The notes under the pieces were generated by a model. It searched no databases, was not told the origin of the DNA, and saw nothing but the letters and a program-made list of their open reading frames with translations. From Alphaproteobacteria bacterium (GTDB lineage Bacteria; Pseudomonadota; Alphaproteobacteria; SP197): a stretch of 64,000 nucleotides of DNA. The position numbers and the translations under genes are program-made. Positions 55,005 through 64,000 of this stretch are shown here, piece after piece. How positions within the stretch are numbered: the stretch's first letter is position 1; the number at the start of each line of letters is the position of its first letter. The stretch covers positions 1,120,001 through 1,184,000 of the forward strand of contig OZ219920.1 of the NCBI GenBank assembly GCA_964291415.2, read 5' to 3'.

Positions 55005-55799
55005 TCATGACGCAGCGCCGAGGAGAGCCCGCGTGGCGGCACCGATATCAGCCTGGCGCATGAGGTGTTCACCCGCCAGGAAGCGCCTGATCCCCGCCCG
55101 CATCATGGTCATCAGGTCTCCGTGGGATCTGAGCCCGCTTTCACACACCACATCCCGGTCCGAAGGTACAAGGGGACAGAGCGTGAGAGCCGTCTGAAGA
55201 TCCACTTGGAGCGTCCTGAGATTGCGGTTGTTGATGCCGACAAGCCTGGCATCAAGGATGAGGGCCCGTTCCAGTTCACTGTGATCGTGAACTTCGACAA
55301 GCACGTCGAGATCGTGGTCCCGCGCTGCCGACACGAGTTCTCCGGCAAGCGCATCGTCGACGACGGCAAGGATGACGAGAATGCAGTCGGCGCCGATGGC
55401 TCTCGATTCGGCCACCTGGTAGGGATCGACCATGAAGTCCTTGCGCAGGCAGGGCAGGCCACTTGAGTCGCGGGCAGCCTTGAGATCTTCGTCCCTGCCG
55501 GCAAACCACGGTGTGTCGGTCAGAACGGAAAGACAGGCAGCTCCGGCCTTCCTGTACGTCCTGGCAATCCTTCCGGCGTCGACATCCTCCCGAATCAATC
55601 CGGCGCTGGGCGAGGCCTTCTTGATTTCGGCGATGAGCCCGATACCGTCCGCAGCCTTGGCTGCCAGTGCTGCTGCAAACCCGGCAGGTGGGGGCAGAGT
55701 GCGAATCGTTGCCTCAAGATCCGCGAATGGCCGGCATGCCTTGCGGCGCGCAACATGGTTCCGCTTGTCACGGCAGATGCGTTCGAGAACATCCGACAT
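55005..55799 (-). CDS. trpC: Indole-3-glycerol phosphate synthase
   Basis: [25 protein letters not shown]. Confidence 0.97.
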   Translation of the reverse strand: MSDVLERICRDKRNHVARRKACRPFADLEATIRTLPPPAGFAAALAAKAADGIGLIAEIKKASPSAGLIREDVDAGRIARTYRKAGAACLSVLTDTPWFAGRDEDLKAARDSSGLPCLRKDFMVDPYQVAESRAIGADCILVILAVVDDALAGELVSAARDHDLDVLVEVHDHSELERALILDARLVGINNRNLRTLQVDLQTALTLCPLVPSDRDVVCESGLRSHGDLMTMMRAGIRRFLAGEHLMRQADIGAATRALLGAAS

Positions 55800-55804
55800 G
55801 GCGG

Positions 55805-56836
55805 TCAGGCGTGACCGCCGGTAATCGCCACCAGGCGCTCAAGTGCCTGCCGGGCGGCACCGCTGTCGATCGACGCTCGAGCCAGTGCCACCCCTTGCGA
55901 AAGGGTGGATGCCCGTTGCGCAACGCAAAGCGATGCGGCGGCATTCAGAAGCACGGTATCGCGGAAAGCGCCGGGCTCGCCTTCGAGAAGGCCGCGGAGC
56001 GCCGCAGCGTTTTCTTCGGGCGAGCCACCGGCGATGGCCTGGAACGGGGCCGCCTCCAGGCCGGCATCGGCCGCACTCACCCTCGTGGCCCGGATCGTTC
56101 CATTGTCCAGGATTGCCACGAGATTGTCCGACGTGAGCGTCAGTTCGTCGCAGCCATCGGCACTGTGGACCACCCAGGCGCTCCTGGCTCCCAGTTCCCG
56201 CAGTACCTGGGCAAAGGGCTCAATCCACTCCTCCGCCGCCACACCCATGAGGTAGAGACCGACACACGCCGGATTGGCCAGCGGTCCGAGGAGATTGAAG
56301 ATAGTGCGCACGGCCAGTTCCTGCCGGGTCGGCATGACATGGCGCATGGCACCGTGATGATGCGGCGCCAGCATGAAGCCAATGCCTGCATCATCAATGG
56401 CGCGTTGCACGGTCTCGTAATCGGCAGCGAGATCAACGCCAAGCGCCGAGAGCACATCAGCCGCGCCCGAGCGTGATGATGCAGCCCGATTCCCGTGCTT
56501 TGCCACGGTGACGCCACAGCCGGCGACCACGAGTGCTGTCGCAGTGGAGATGTTGAGCGTTCCCTTGCCGTCGCCTCCGGTTCCGACAATGTCCATCGCA
56601 TCATCGGGAGCGGACATGCGGATCATCCGCGAGCGCAGGGAGCGCGCTCCGCCCGCAAGTTCCGCGACCGTCTCGCCACGAATCGCAAGGGCCATGAGGA
56701 AACCGCCCATCTGCGCTTGCGTGGCCTCCCCTGACATGATGACATCGAAGGCCCGGGAGGCCTCTTCCGCGTCGAGAGTCGCGCCCCTTGCAACACGGGC
56801 GATCCATGGCTTGAGACCCTGGGATTCGTCCGTCAC
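55805..56836 (-). CDS. trpD: Anthranilate phosphoribosyltransferase
   Basis: DIVGTGGDG, NIST, KHGNR, RTIFNLLGP; GTG start overlaps the trpG stop. Confidence 0.96.
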   Translation of the reverse strand: MTDESQGLKPWIARVARGATLDAEEASRAFDVIMSGEATQAQMGGFLMALAIRGETVAELAGGARSLRSRMIRMSAPDDAMDIVGTGGDGKGTLNISTATALVVAGCGVTVAKHGNRAASSRSGAADVLSALGVDLAADYETVQRAIDDAGIGFMLAPHHHGAMRHVMPTRQELAVRTIFNLLGPLANPACVGLYLMGVAAEEWIEPFAQVLRELGARSAWVVHSADGCDELTLTSDNLVAILDNGTIRATRVSAADAGLEAAPFQAIAGGSPEENAAALRGLLEGEPGAFRDTVLLNAAASLCVAQRASTLSQGVALARASIDSGAARQALERLVAITGGHA

Positions 56837-57420
56837 GTGTGTTCTCCCGTCTCCAGCAGGTTCAGAAAGTTCTCGAGAATGCCATGACCATGTTCCGATT
56901 CGATGCTCTCGGGATGGAACTGGACGCCATGAATCGGCAATTCCCGGTGGCGAACACCCATGATGACGCCGTCTGCTGTCCAGGAATTGACTTCGAGACA
57001 CTCAGGCACGCTCCCGGGGCTCAGCGTCAGTGAATGGTATCGTGTCGCGCGAAGCGGCGAGGGGATTGCGTCGAATACGCCTTTGCCATCGTGTTCGATG
57101 ACCGAAATCTTGCCATGCATGGGACGGGGTGCGCGGTCGATGGTTCCGCCAAAGGCCTGACCGATCGCCTGATGCCCGAGGCAGACGCCAAGGAGGGGCA
57201 GAGACTCGCGGGCCGAGCGCTTCACGAGTTCAAGACAGATGCCCGCCCGGTCGGGATCACACGGTCCGGGAGATATGACGATGCCCCTTGGCCGCATGAC
57301 CATGATCTCGTCAACGGTGATCGCGTCGTTGCGGCGGACATCACACGAAGCACCCAGCTCTCCCAGGAAGTGCAGCAGGTTGTAGGTGAAGCTGTCGTAG
57401 TTGTCGATCAGCACAATCAT
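56833..57420 (-). CDS. trpG: Anthranilate synthase component II
   Basis: IDNYDSFTYN, SPGP, GVCLGHQ, QFHPES. Confidence 0.96.
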   Translation of the reverse strand: MIVLIDNYDSFTYNLLHFLGELGASCDVRRNDAITVDEIMVMRPRGIVISPGPCDPDRAGICLELVKRSARESLPLLGVCLGHQAIGQAFGGTIDRAPRPMHGKISVIEHDGKGVFDAIPSPLRATRYHSLTLSPGSVPECLEVNSWTADGVIMGVRHRELPIHGVQFHPESIESEHGHGILENFLNLLETGEHT

Positions 57421-57477
57421 GGTCAACCTCTCACCACCGGAGACGACTGGTCCAGGTCGGCATCGACGGACTATGCG

Positions 57478-59007
57478 TCAGGTCTGCCTGGGGTTGAAGC
57501 CCCGGGTTTGGCTGGCGAAAGCCACCGCTTCCTCGGCCGCCCTCAGGAGTGCTCGTGCCTTGTTGCGGCACTCCACGTGCTCGGCCTCTGGTTCGCTGTC
57601 CGCGACAATGCCCGCGCCAGCCTGGACATGAAGGACACCGTCTCGGATGACCGCCGTGCGCAACGCGATACAGGTGTCCATGGCACCATTTGCGGAAAAA
57701 TAGCCAATGGCTCCGGCGTAGACGCCACGGCGGTCCGTTTCGAGTTCGTCGATGATCTCCATGGCGCGCACCTTCGGAGCGCCGCTCACCGTGCCGGCCG
57801 GAAATCCCGCGATGAGGGCGTCGATGGCATCACATCCATCCTTCATCTCGCCTTCAACGTTGGAACTGATGTGCATGACATGGCTGTAACGTTCGATCTG
57901 GAAGCTCTCGGTCACATGGACACTGCCGATCGTGGCAACACGCCCGACGTCGTTGCGTCCGAGATCAAGCAGCATCAGGTGCTCGGCACGCTCCTTCGCA
58001 TCCGCCAGCAGCTCGTCACCGAGCTCCTGGTCCTCGACGGCATCACGTCCGCGCCGGCGGGTCCCCGCGAGCGGACGGATGGTCACGCGACCGTCTCTCA
58101 CCCGCACAAGTATTTCCGGGCTCGATCCGACGACCGCGAAACTGTCAAAATTGAGATAGAAGAGAAATGGCGAAGGATTGACTCGTCTCAATGCCCGGTA
58201 ATAGGCGAAGGGGGGCAGGGTGAAGGGCAGATCAAATCGCTGGGAGAGCACGATCTGAAACGCGTCGCCAGCATTGATGTAGTCCTTGGCCTTCTCCACC
58301 ATCTCCAGAAACTGCTCGTGGGGCGTGTTGGAAACCGCCTCGGCCGGACCATCATCACCGATCGCATACCCGCTGGCAGGGAGCGGGCGGTCAAAGTCCG
58401 CCACGACATCGGACAGTCGTTCACAGGCTCTTGCATAGGCAGCGCGGGCAGGGATGCCTGCCGCCGGCCAGACCGGTGTGACGATGGTGACTTCGTCCGC
58501 CACATTGTCGAAGATGGCCATGATTGTCGGGCGAATAAGCAGACCGTCGGGCACGTCGAGAACCCTCGGAGCCGTGGTCGGCAGATGCTCCATGAGGCGT
58601 ACCATCTCGTACCCGACATAGCCTACCAGCGCTGACGCCATGGGCGGCAGGGTTTCCGGCAAAGGAATTGCGCACTCCCTGACCAGGCGCTTCAGGGATT
58701 CGATCGCGCCAACTTCTTCCTCGACGAAGGCATCCGGTTCGTAGCGCGCACGGCGGTTGATATCCGCCCGGTTGCCGTGACACCGCCAGACAAGATCGGG
58801 GCGCATTCCGATGATCGAATACCGCCCCCTCGATTCACCTCCCTCGACGGATTCCAGCAGGAAGGTGTTCTTTTGCGATCCGGCAATCCTGAGCATCGCC
58901 GAGACCGGCGTCTCGAGATCGGCCACCAGTCTTGTCCACACGACCTGGGGTGCGGCGCTTCGATACTGCTCCTCGAACAGCGGGTAGTCGGGATCGTACT
59001 CTGCCAT
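57478..59007 (-). CDS. trpE: Anthranilate synthase component I
   Basis: LLESVEG, SSPEILV, AEHLMLLDLGRND, GTVSGAPK. Confidence 0.97.
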   Translation of the reverse strand: MAEYDPDYPLFEEQYRSAAPQVVWTRLVADLETPVSAMLRIAGSQKNTFLLESVEGGESRGRYSIIGMRPDLVWRCHGNRADINRRARYEPDAFVEEEVGAIESLKRLVRECAIPLPETLPPMASALVGYVGYEMVRLMEHLPTTAPRVLDVPDGLLIRPTIMAIFDNVADEVTIVTPVWPAAGIPARAAYARACERLSDVVADFDRPLPASGYAIGDDGPAEAVSNTPHEQFLEMVEKAKDYINAGDAFQIVLSQRFDLPFTLPPFAYYRALRRVNPSPFLFYLNFDSFAVVGSSPEILVRVRDGRVTIRPLAGTRRRGRDAVEDQELGDELLADAKERAEHLMLLDLGRNDVGRVATIGSVHVTESFQIERYSHVMHISSNVEGEMKDGCDAIDALIAGFPAGTVSGAPKVRAMEIIDELETDRRGVYAGAIGYFSANGAMDTCIALRTAVIRDGVLHVQAGAGIVADSEPEAEHVECRNKARALLRAAEEAVAFASQTRGFNPRQT

Positions 59008-59008
59008 C

Positions 59009-60853
59009 TCAAAACGACTGATCGATCATGTCGTCATTGATGCTGACCGTCGCGTCGTCGTGCAGGCTCGATACGAGTCTCTCGCTGATGTCGCGAATGA
59101 CTCCCTGCCGGAGCCCGGAACCGACCGCCGATACGTCCTCGGAAGAATGCCCTGCATTGATGATATCGATCAGACGGGCCACGACCTGGTGACTGCCATC
59201 CGCGGAGGTCCGCACCACCGTGTCACCCGGACGTGCGTCGAAGAGCGCTTCGACCGTCGCGAAGGAAAGATTGGCGACGGGTGGCATGGAGTAACGCATG
59301 AAAGGCTCGGTCACCACGAACGTGACACCGGCAAAGTCGAAGACATCGTTGAGATTTCCCGTCGAACCGGCGCCACTGGCGAGCCGGTCCGCTTCACGCG
59401 ATGCCAGTTCCGTTTGACGCTCGGCCTGCCAGTCCGAAAGAGCCTCGTCCCACACCTCGTTGAGAGTGCGCGCGCGTGCCGGCACGATCTCCGTCACTTC
59501 GACAACCAGCAGACCGCCGTCGTCGGTTTCCAGCACTGTCGAGACAAAACCGAGGTGGGCAAGAAAGATCTCCTCCAGGAACCCGGGTGTTTCAGGCACG
59601 ATCTGGAGGGAATCGGCATCCTCGGTCAGGCCACTCGCCGACACTCTGTCTATTGTCTTCAGTTCGAGACCCAGGGTTGATGCCATTTCAGAGGGCGCGG
59701 CCCCGGTGGCAATGAGATCATCGAGATCGTCGGCAAGGTCGAAGAGGGCGTAGCGTGCCTGCGCGAGAGCAAGTTCGCCACGAAGGATATCACGCGCCTC
59801 CTCCAGGGGTGCCACGACCCGGGCTTGTGCTTCGTCGATTCTGTAGATCAGCCAGCCGCCCAGGGGTGACTCAACGGGGCCGACAACAGCGCCGACGGTG
59901 GCGGCGAACACCGGTTCGGCCAGTTCCTCTAGGAGGTCGTCGCGACGCAGCCACCGCGCCTCGCTCTCTCCGGAGGCGGTCTCTTCAAAGGCCACGGAGA
60001 GACTTGCCTCAGCTTCCTCTCGTGTCGCGAAGCGGGACTGTCTGACCAGACGTTGCTCGGGCTCGATCCACCGGTCAGGCGCCGCGTTGTAGGCCGCCTC
60101 GATCTCTTCGGGCGCTATCTCGATCGTCCCGGCAACGTCCTCGGCGTAAACCAGAAGGTAGGACGCTGAACGGTACTCCGGCGCTTCATAGGCGCCGCTC
60201 CGGTCGGCAAACCACGACGCCAGCTCTCCATCTTGCGGTTCGGGCCGGACAACCAGAGCATCGTTGGGAATGACCGCCAGTTCCGCCGTCCTCTCTTCAT
60301 GACGGTACTGCGTGATTCTGCGCACCAGTTCATCGGGAAGGGAGGGCAGCGCACCCAGGCTGCCGATCAGCTGGCTGCGGGTGATGCCGCGAGAGAGACT
60401 GGCGAGATAGGTTTCCTCGGTGAGTCCGTTCATGGACAGGATGCCGGCGAAGACATTGCTGTCAAAGTTGCCTGACACGTCATGAAACATCTCGTTGTTG
60501 ACGATCGCGCCCCTGAGGGTGGCGTCGTTTGCCGTAATGCCGAATGTCCCTGCCGCCTGATCGAGCAGCGTGTCCTGAACAAGCTGTTCGAGAGCCAGTC
60601 TCGCCTGCTGGCGCGCCAGATCGGTACCAGGGTCGACCCGGATACCGCTGGTCTGCAGGGAACGCACATGATTGCGGTAGGCCACCTGCAGATCTCGAAC
60701 GTCGATGGCGACGTCACCGACCTCGGCGACCGTGGTCTCTCCCCGGCTGACAAAAATGTCGCCGACGCCCCAGCCAACGAAACTGAGAGCGACGACGCAC
60801 AGTATCACCTTGGCGGGCCACGACGAGGCGCCTTCACGAAGCTTTGTCAGCAT
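59009..60853 (-). CDS. ppiD: PpiD/SurA-N domain periplasmic chaperone
   Basis: N-terminal TM with SFVGWG, SurA_N-like helical region, degenerate parvulin region (GPVESPLG); lies between trpE and tpiA. Confidence 0.8.
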   Translation of the reverse strand: MLTKLREGASSWPAKVILCVVALSFVGWGVGDIFVSRGETTVAEVGDVAIDVRDLQVAYRNHVRSLQTSGIRVDPGTDLARQQARLALEQLVQDTLLDQAAGTFGITANDATLRGAIVNNEMFHDVSGNFDSNVFAGILSMNGLTEETYLASLSRGITRSQLIGSLGALPSLPDELVRRITQYRHEERTAELAVIPNDALVVRPEPQDGELASWFADRSGAYEAPEYRSASYLLVYAEDVAGTIEIAPEEIEAAYNAAPDRWIEPEQRLVRQSRFATREEAEASLSVAFEETASGESEARWLRRDDLLEELAEPVFAATVGAVVGPVESPLGGWLIYRIDEAQARVVAPLEEARDILRGELALAQARYALFDLADDLDDLIATGAAPSEMASTLGLELKTIDRVSASGLTEDADSLQIVPETPGFLEEIFLAHLGFVSTVLETDDGGLLVVEVTEIVPARARTLNEVWDEALSDWQAERQTELASREADRLASGAGSTGNLNDVFDFAGVTFVVTEPFMRYSMPPVANLSFATVEALFDARPGDTVVRTSADGSHQVVARLIDIINAGHSSEDVSAVGSGLRQGVIRDISERLVSSLHDDATVSINDDMIDQSF

Positions 60854-61006
60854 GGAGAGATCACGACTTGCAACGATTCATTCTAGGTTCACCAGCGAGC
60901 CTGGACAACCGTATTGTCTCACACGCACGTTCGAACCGCGCGACATGCTTGTCCCGGGGCCGGCATCGCTCTATTGAAAAAGCGCATCACAGGTTTCAAG
61001 ACGTTC

Positions 61007-61747
61007 ATGCGTTCACTCGTAGCAGGCAACTGGAAGATGAACGGCACGTTGGCCTGGGCACGGAACCAGGCTCGAAGACTTGCCGAAATGGCTGGAAACG
61101 GCCTTCCCTGCGATGTCCTCATCTGCCCTCCGGCGACGCTTCTCAACACGGTGGCGGAGCCGCTTCGCGATGCCGGAATCCTCGTGGGTGGCCAGGACTG
61201 CCATCACGCATCGCATGGCGCCTTCACCGGCGACATCGCTGCCACCATGCTGGCGGACCTTGGGTGCAGCCATGTTCTGGTGGGCCATTCGGAGCGCCGG
61301 ACGATTCACCGGGAGAGCAGCCACGACGTCAGGAGAAAGGCCATGGCCGCCCATCAGGCAGGTCTCGTCGCCATTGTCTGCATTGGTGAGGGCCGTGAGG
61401 AGCGGCGGGCGGGAAAGGCCTTTGATGCGACGGCAGGCCAGTTGGCTGGTTCGCTGCCGGCGGATGCCACGGCAGCCAATACCGTCATCGCCTGGGAGCC
61501 TGTCTGGGCCATCGGCACCGGCGATACCGCGAATGCGGCCGATGTGGTTGCCATGCACCAGTTTCTCAAGCAGCAGTCGAGTGCGCTGTTGGGGGATGGT
61601 GTTCGTGTTCTCTACGGCGGTTCCGTCAATCCGTCGAACTCTCGCGAACTTCTCGCCATCGAGCCTGTCGATGGCCTGCTTGTCGGCGGCGCCAGTCTCG
61701 ACCCCGACACATTCTGGCAGATCGCCGCTGACGGCGCGCCGGATTGA
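61007..61747 (+). CDS. tpiA: Triosephosphate isomerase
   Basis: AGNWKMN, GHSERR, AWEPVWAIGTG, YGGSV, LVGGASL. Confidence 0.97.
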   Translation: MRSLVAGNWKMNGTLAWARNQARRLAEMAGNGLPCDVLICPPATLLNTVAEPLRDAGILVGGQDCHHASHGAFTGDIAATMLADLGCSHVLVGHSERRTIHRESSHDVRRKAMAAHQAGLVAIVCIGEGREERRAGKAFDATAGQLAGSLPADATAANTVIAWEPVWAIGTGDTANAADVVAMHQFLKQQSSALLGDGVRVLYGGSVNPSNSRELLAIEPVDGLLVGGASLDPDTFWQIAADGAPD

Positions 61748-61813
61748 AGTGAGTGGCACGGCCGGGAGCACTGTGCTACATCAGCGGCGCGGTGAACATG
61801 TGTGAGGACTGCC

Positions 61814-62122
61814 GTGCAGACCATCCTTCTCATTCTGCATGTGCTCTTCGCCCTGGCCATTGTCGGACTCGTCCTGTTGCAGCGGGGTGAGGGCGGTGGC
61901 CTGGGCATGGGCGGCGGCGGCAACATGCAGGGACTGATGTCCGCACGCGGCACGGCAAGCATGATGACGCGGGCCACGGCGATTGCGGCCACGCTCTTCT
62001 TCATCTCGAGCCTGGCACTCAGCATCATGGTGTCCGATCGCGGCGAGAGCATCTCGATTGTCGATGAGATCGAGATTCCGGCGCCGGTCGAGACCATTCC
62101 CACCGTACCGACTTCGGAATGA
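61814..62122 (+). CDS. secG: Preprotein translocase subunit SecG
   Basis: Two TM segments, VLLQRGEGGGLG; GAGGA SD before GTG 61814; lies between tpiA and pyrG. Confidence 0.92.
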   Translation: MQTILLILHVLFALAIVGLVLLQRGEGGGLGMGGGGNMQGLMSARGTASMMTRATAIAATLFFISSLALSIMVSDRGESISIVDEIEIPAPVETIPTVPTSE

Positions 62123-62210
62123 CGCCCGGGGGCACGGCGGACCATTTTTCCACAGCAGGCGTGATCCCTGACACTTTGTCCGGCAGGGCCGTGTGCTACG
62201 TTGGGCGTCC

Positions 62211-63839
62211 ATGACGCGATACATTTTCGTGACCGGCGGCGTGGTGTCCTCCCTCGGCAAGGGGTTGACGACGGCCGCGCTGGGCGCCCTTCTGCAGTCC
62301 CGTGGCTACTCGGTTCGGCTGCGCAAGTTCGATCCCTATCTCAACGTCGATCCCGGAACCATGAACCCGTATCAGCACGGAGAGGTGTTCGTCACCGATG
62401 ACGGTGCCGAGACCGACCTCGATCTGGGACACTATGAACGGTTCACCGGCGTTCCGGCCCGTCGTTCAGATACGGTGACAAGCGGACGGGTCTATTCGGA
62501 TGTGCTGACCCGCGAACGGCGGGGCGACTACCTCGGTGGTACTGTCCAGGTCATTCCCCACGTCACCGATGTCATCAAGGAGTACATTCGGGCGGACACG
62601 GATCATGCCGACTTCGTCCTGTGCGAAGTCGGCGGCACGGTCGGTGATATCGAGGGGCTGCCATTCCTGGAAGCGATGCGGCAGATGGTGCAGGAACTTC
62701 CCCCGCATCATTCGATCCTCATTCACCACACGCTGGTGCCCTACCTGAAGGCATCCGGCGAACTCAAGACCAAGCCAACCCAGCATTCCGTCAAGGAACT
62801 GCGGTCGATCGGCTTGCAGCCGGACATCCTGGTTTGCCGTTGCGAACGCGACATACCGGAAGGTGAGCGCAGCAAGATCGCACTCTTCTGCAACGTCCGC
62901 GAGTCGGCGGTCATTCCGGCGCTCGATGTCGACACCATCTACCAGGTCCCCGTTTCCTATCACGAAGCGGGGCTGGACCGCGAAGTTCTGAAGGCTTTCG
63001 CCATGAGCGATGAACACGCTCCCGACCTCGTGTCATGGCGCCAGGTGGTGAAGGGCATACGCAATCCGGAGGACGAGGTCACCATCGCCGTCGTCGGCAA
63101 GTACACCGGCCTGGCCGACGCCTACAAGTCACTCAACGAGGCGCTGGCGCACGGGGGCATTGCCAACCGGGTGAGAGTCAGCTTGCGCTGGATCGATTCC
63201 GAGGTGTTCGAGCGCGAGGACGCGGTGGCTCATCTCGATTCAGTGAATGGCATTCTGGTGCCCGGAGGATTCGGCTCGCGTGGCACCCGCGGCAAGATCG
63301 CCGCCGTCTCCTTCGCCAGGGAACACCGCATTCCCTATTTCGGAATCTGTTTCGGAATGCAGATGGCGGTTATCGAGGTGTCGCGGAACATGGCTGGAAT
63401 CGAGGGGGCGTCTTCGACGGAGTTCGGTCCGGCGCGGGATCCGGTGGTCGGCCTGCTGACGGAATGGATCGACGGTGACAGGGTTGAGACACGCACTGGC
63501 GACGGGAACCTCGGGGGCACGATGCGTCTTGGCGCCTTCGACTGTGCCATTGCCAAGGGCACGCGGGTTGCCGACATCTACCGCAGGGACCTCATCAGTG
63601 AACGGCATCGGCACCGCTATGAGGTCAACATCAACTACCGTGTCATCCTGGAAGAGCACGGGTTGGTGTTTTCGGGCCTGTCGCCGGATGGCCAGCTACC
63701 GGAAATCATCGAACTGGGCGATCACCCCTGGTTTGTCGGGGTCCAGTTTCATCCGGAGCTCAAGTCGCGACCTTTTGATCCGCATCCGCTCTTTGCCTCG
63801 TTCATCGAGGCTGCCGTGACACAGTCGAGGCTGGTCTGA
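62211..63839 (+). CDS. pyrG: CTP synthase
   Basis: [34 protein letters not shown]. Confidence 0.98.
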   Translation: MTRYIFVTGGVVSSLGKGLTTAALGALLQSRGYSVRLRKFDPYLNVDPGTMNPYQHGEVFVTDDGAETDLDLGHYERFTGVPARRSDTVTSGRVYSDVLTRERRGDYLGGTVQVIPHVTDVIKEYIRADTDHADFVLCEVGGTVGDIEGLPFLEAMRQMVQELPPHHSILIHHTLVPYLKASGELKTKPTQHSVKELRSIGLQPDILVCRCERDIPEGERSKIALFCNVRESAVIPALDVDTIYQVPVSYHEAGLDREVLKAFAMSDEHAPDLVSWRQVVKGIRNPEDEVTIAVVGKYTGLADAYKSLNEALAHGGIANRVRVSLRWIDSEVFEREDAVAHLDSVNGILVPGGFGSRGTRGKIAAVSFAREHRIPYFGICFGMQMAVIEVSRNMAGIEGASSTEFGPARDPVVGLLTEWIDGDRVETRTGDGNLGGTMRLGAFDCAIAKGTRVADIYRRDLISERHRHRYEVNINYRVILEEHGLVFSGLSPDGQLPEIIELGDHPWFVGVQFHPELKSRPFDPHPLFASFIEAAVTQSRLV

Positions 63840-63842
63840 ACC

Positions 63843-64000
63843 ATGATGAGCGGACGCCATGTGCGTGCCGGTTCCATCACGATCGGCAATGATCTTCCGT
63901 TCGTCCTGATATCGGGACCCTGCCAGATCGAGAATCGCGACCACGCATTCTTCGTGGCGGAACGGCTGTTGTCCATGACGACCCGCCGGGGCATCGGCTT
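63843..64000 (+). CDS. kdsA: KDO-8-phosphate synthase, 3'-truncated by the window edge
   Basis: Translates [35 protein letters not shown]; pyrG-kdsA synteny. Confidence 0.88.
   Translation, partial: MMSGRHVRAGSITIGNDLPFVLISGPCQIENRDHAFFVAERLLSMTTRRGIG

Noticed and set aside
51146-57001. Apparent N-terminal extensions in the ORF track for gltX, lexA, moeA, moaC and trpD (also nuoB, nuoE, nuoG, nuoI, lolD, lpxD, lpxI and tpiA)
   Set aside because: Artefacts of longest-ORF calling; downstream starts match family N-termini, SDs and stop-start overlaps

Overview
GC-rich core-genome segment of an alphaproteobacterium, with Rhodospirillales-like gene order and separate trpE and trpG. Order: nnrD (partial), tRNA-Leu, tig-clpP-clpX-lon-hupB, tRNA-Val, tRNA-Asp, nuoA-N, birA-coaX-rnj-mce-DUF1467-tag-proS-lolE-lolD, dnaE, rpsB-tsf-pyrH-frr-uppS-cdsA-dxr-rseP-bamA-skp-lpxD-fabZ-lpxA-lpxI-lpxB, an orphan Rieske oxygenase, then on the minus strand gloA, gltA, gltX, lexA, moeA, moaC, trpC, trpD, trpG, trpE and ppiD, then tpiA-secG-pyrG-kdsA (partial). 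I see no CRISPR array, prophage, transposase or defence system, and no new multi-gene system. The unusual signals are small-scale: (1) a 297-bp MITE-like element with inverted repeats and a CATT duplication that appears to sit between the gloA Shine-Dalgarno and its start codon; (2) ribosomal protein S2 with three 126-bp tandem repeats; (3) two long, apparently structured, unexplained spacers upstream of dnaE and of the Rieske gene; (4) lexA abutting gltX with no comEC between them; (5) a trigger factor with a degenerate FKBP domain. All gene names come from recognising motifs and synteny by eye; no searches were run.
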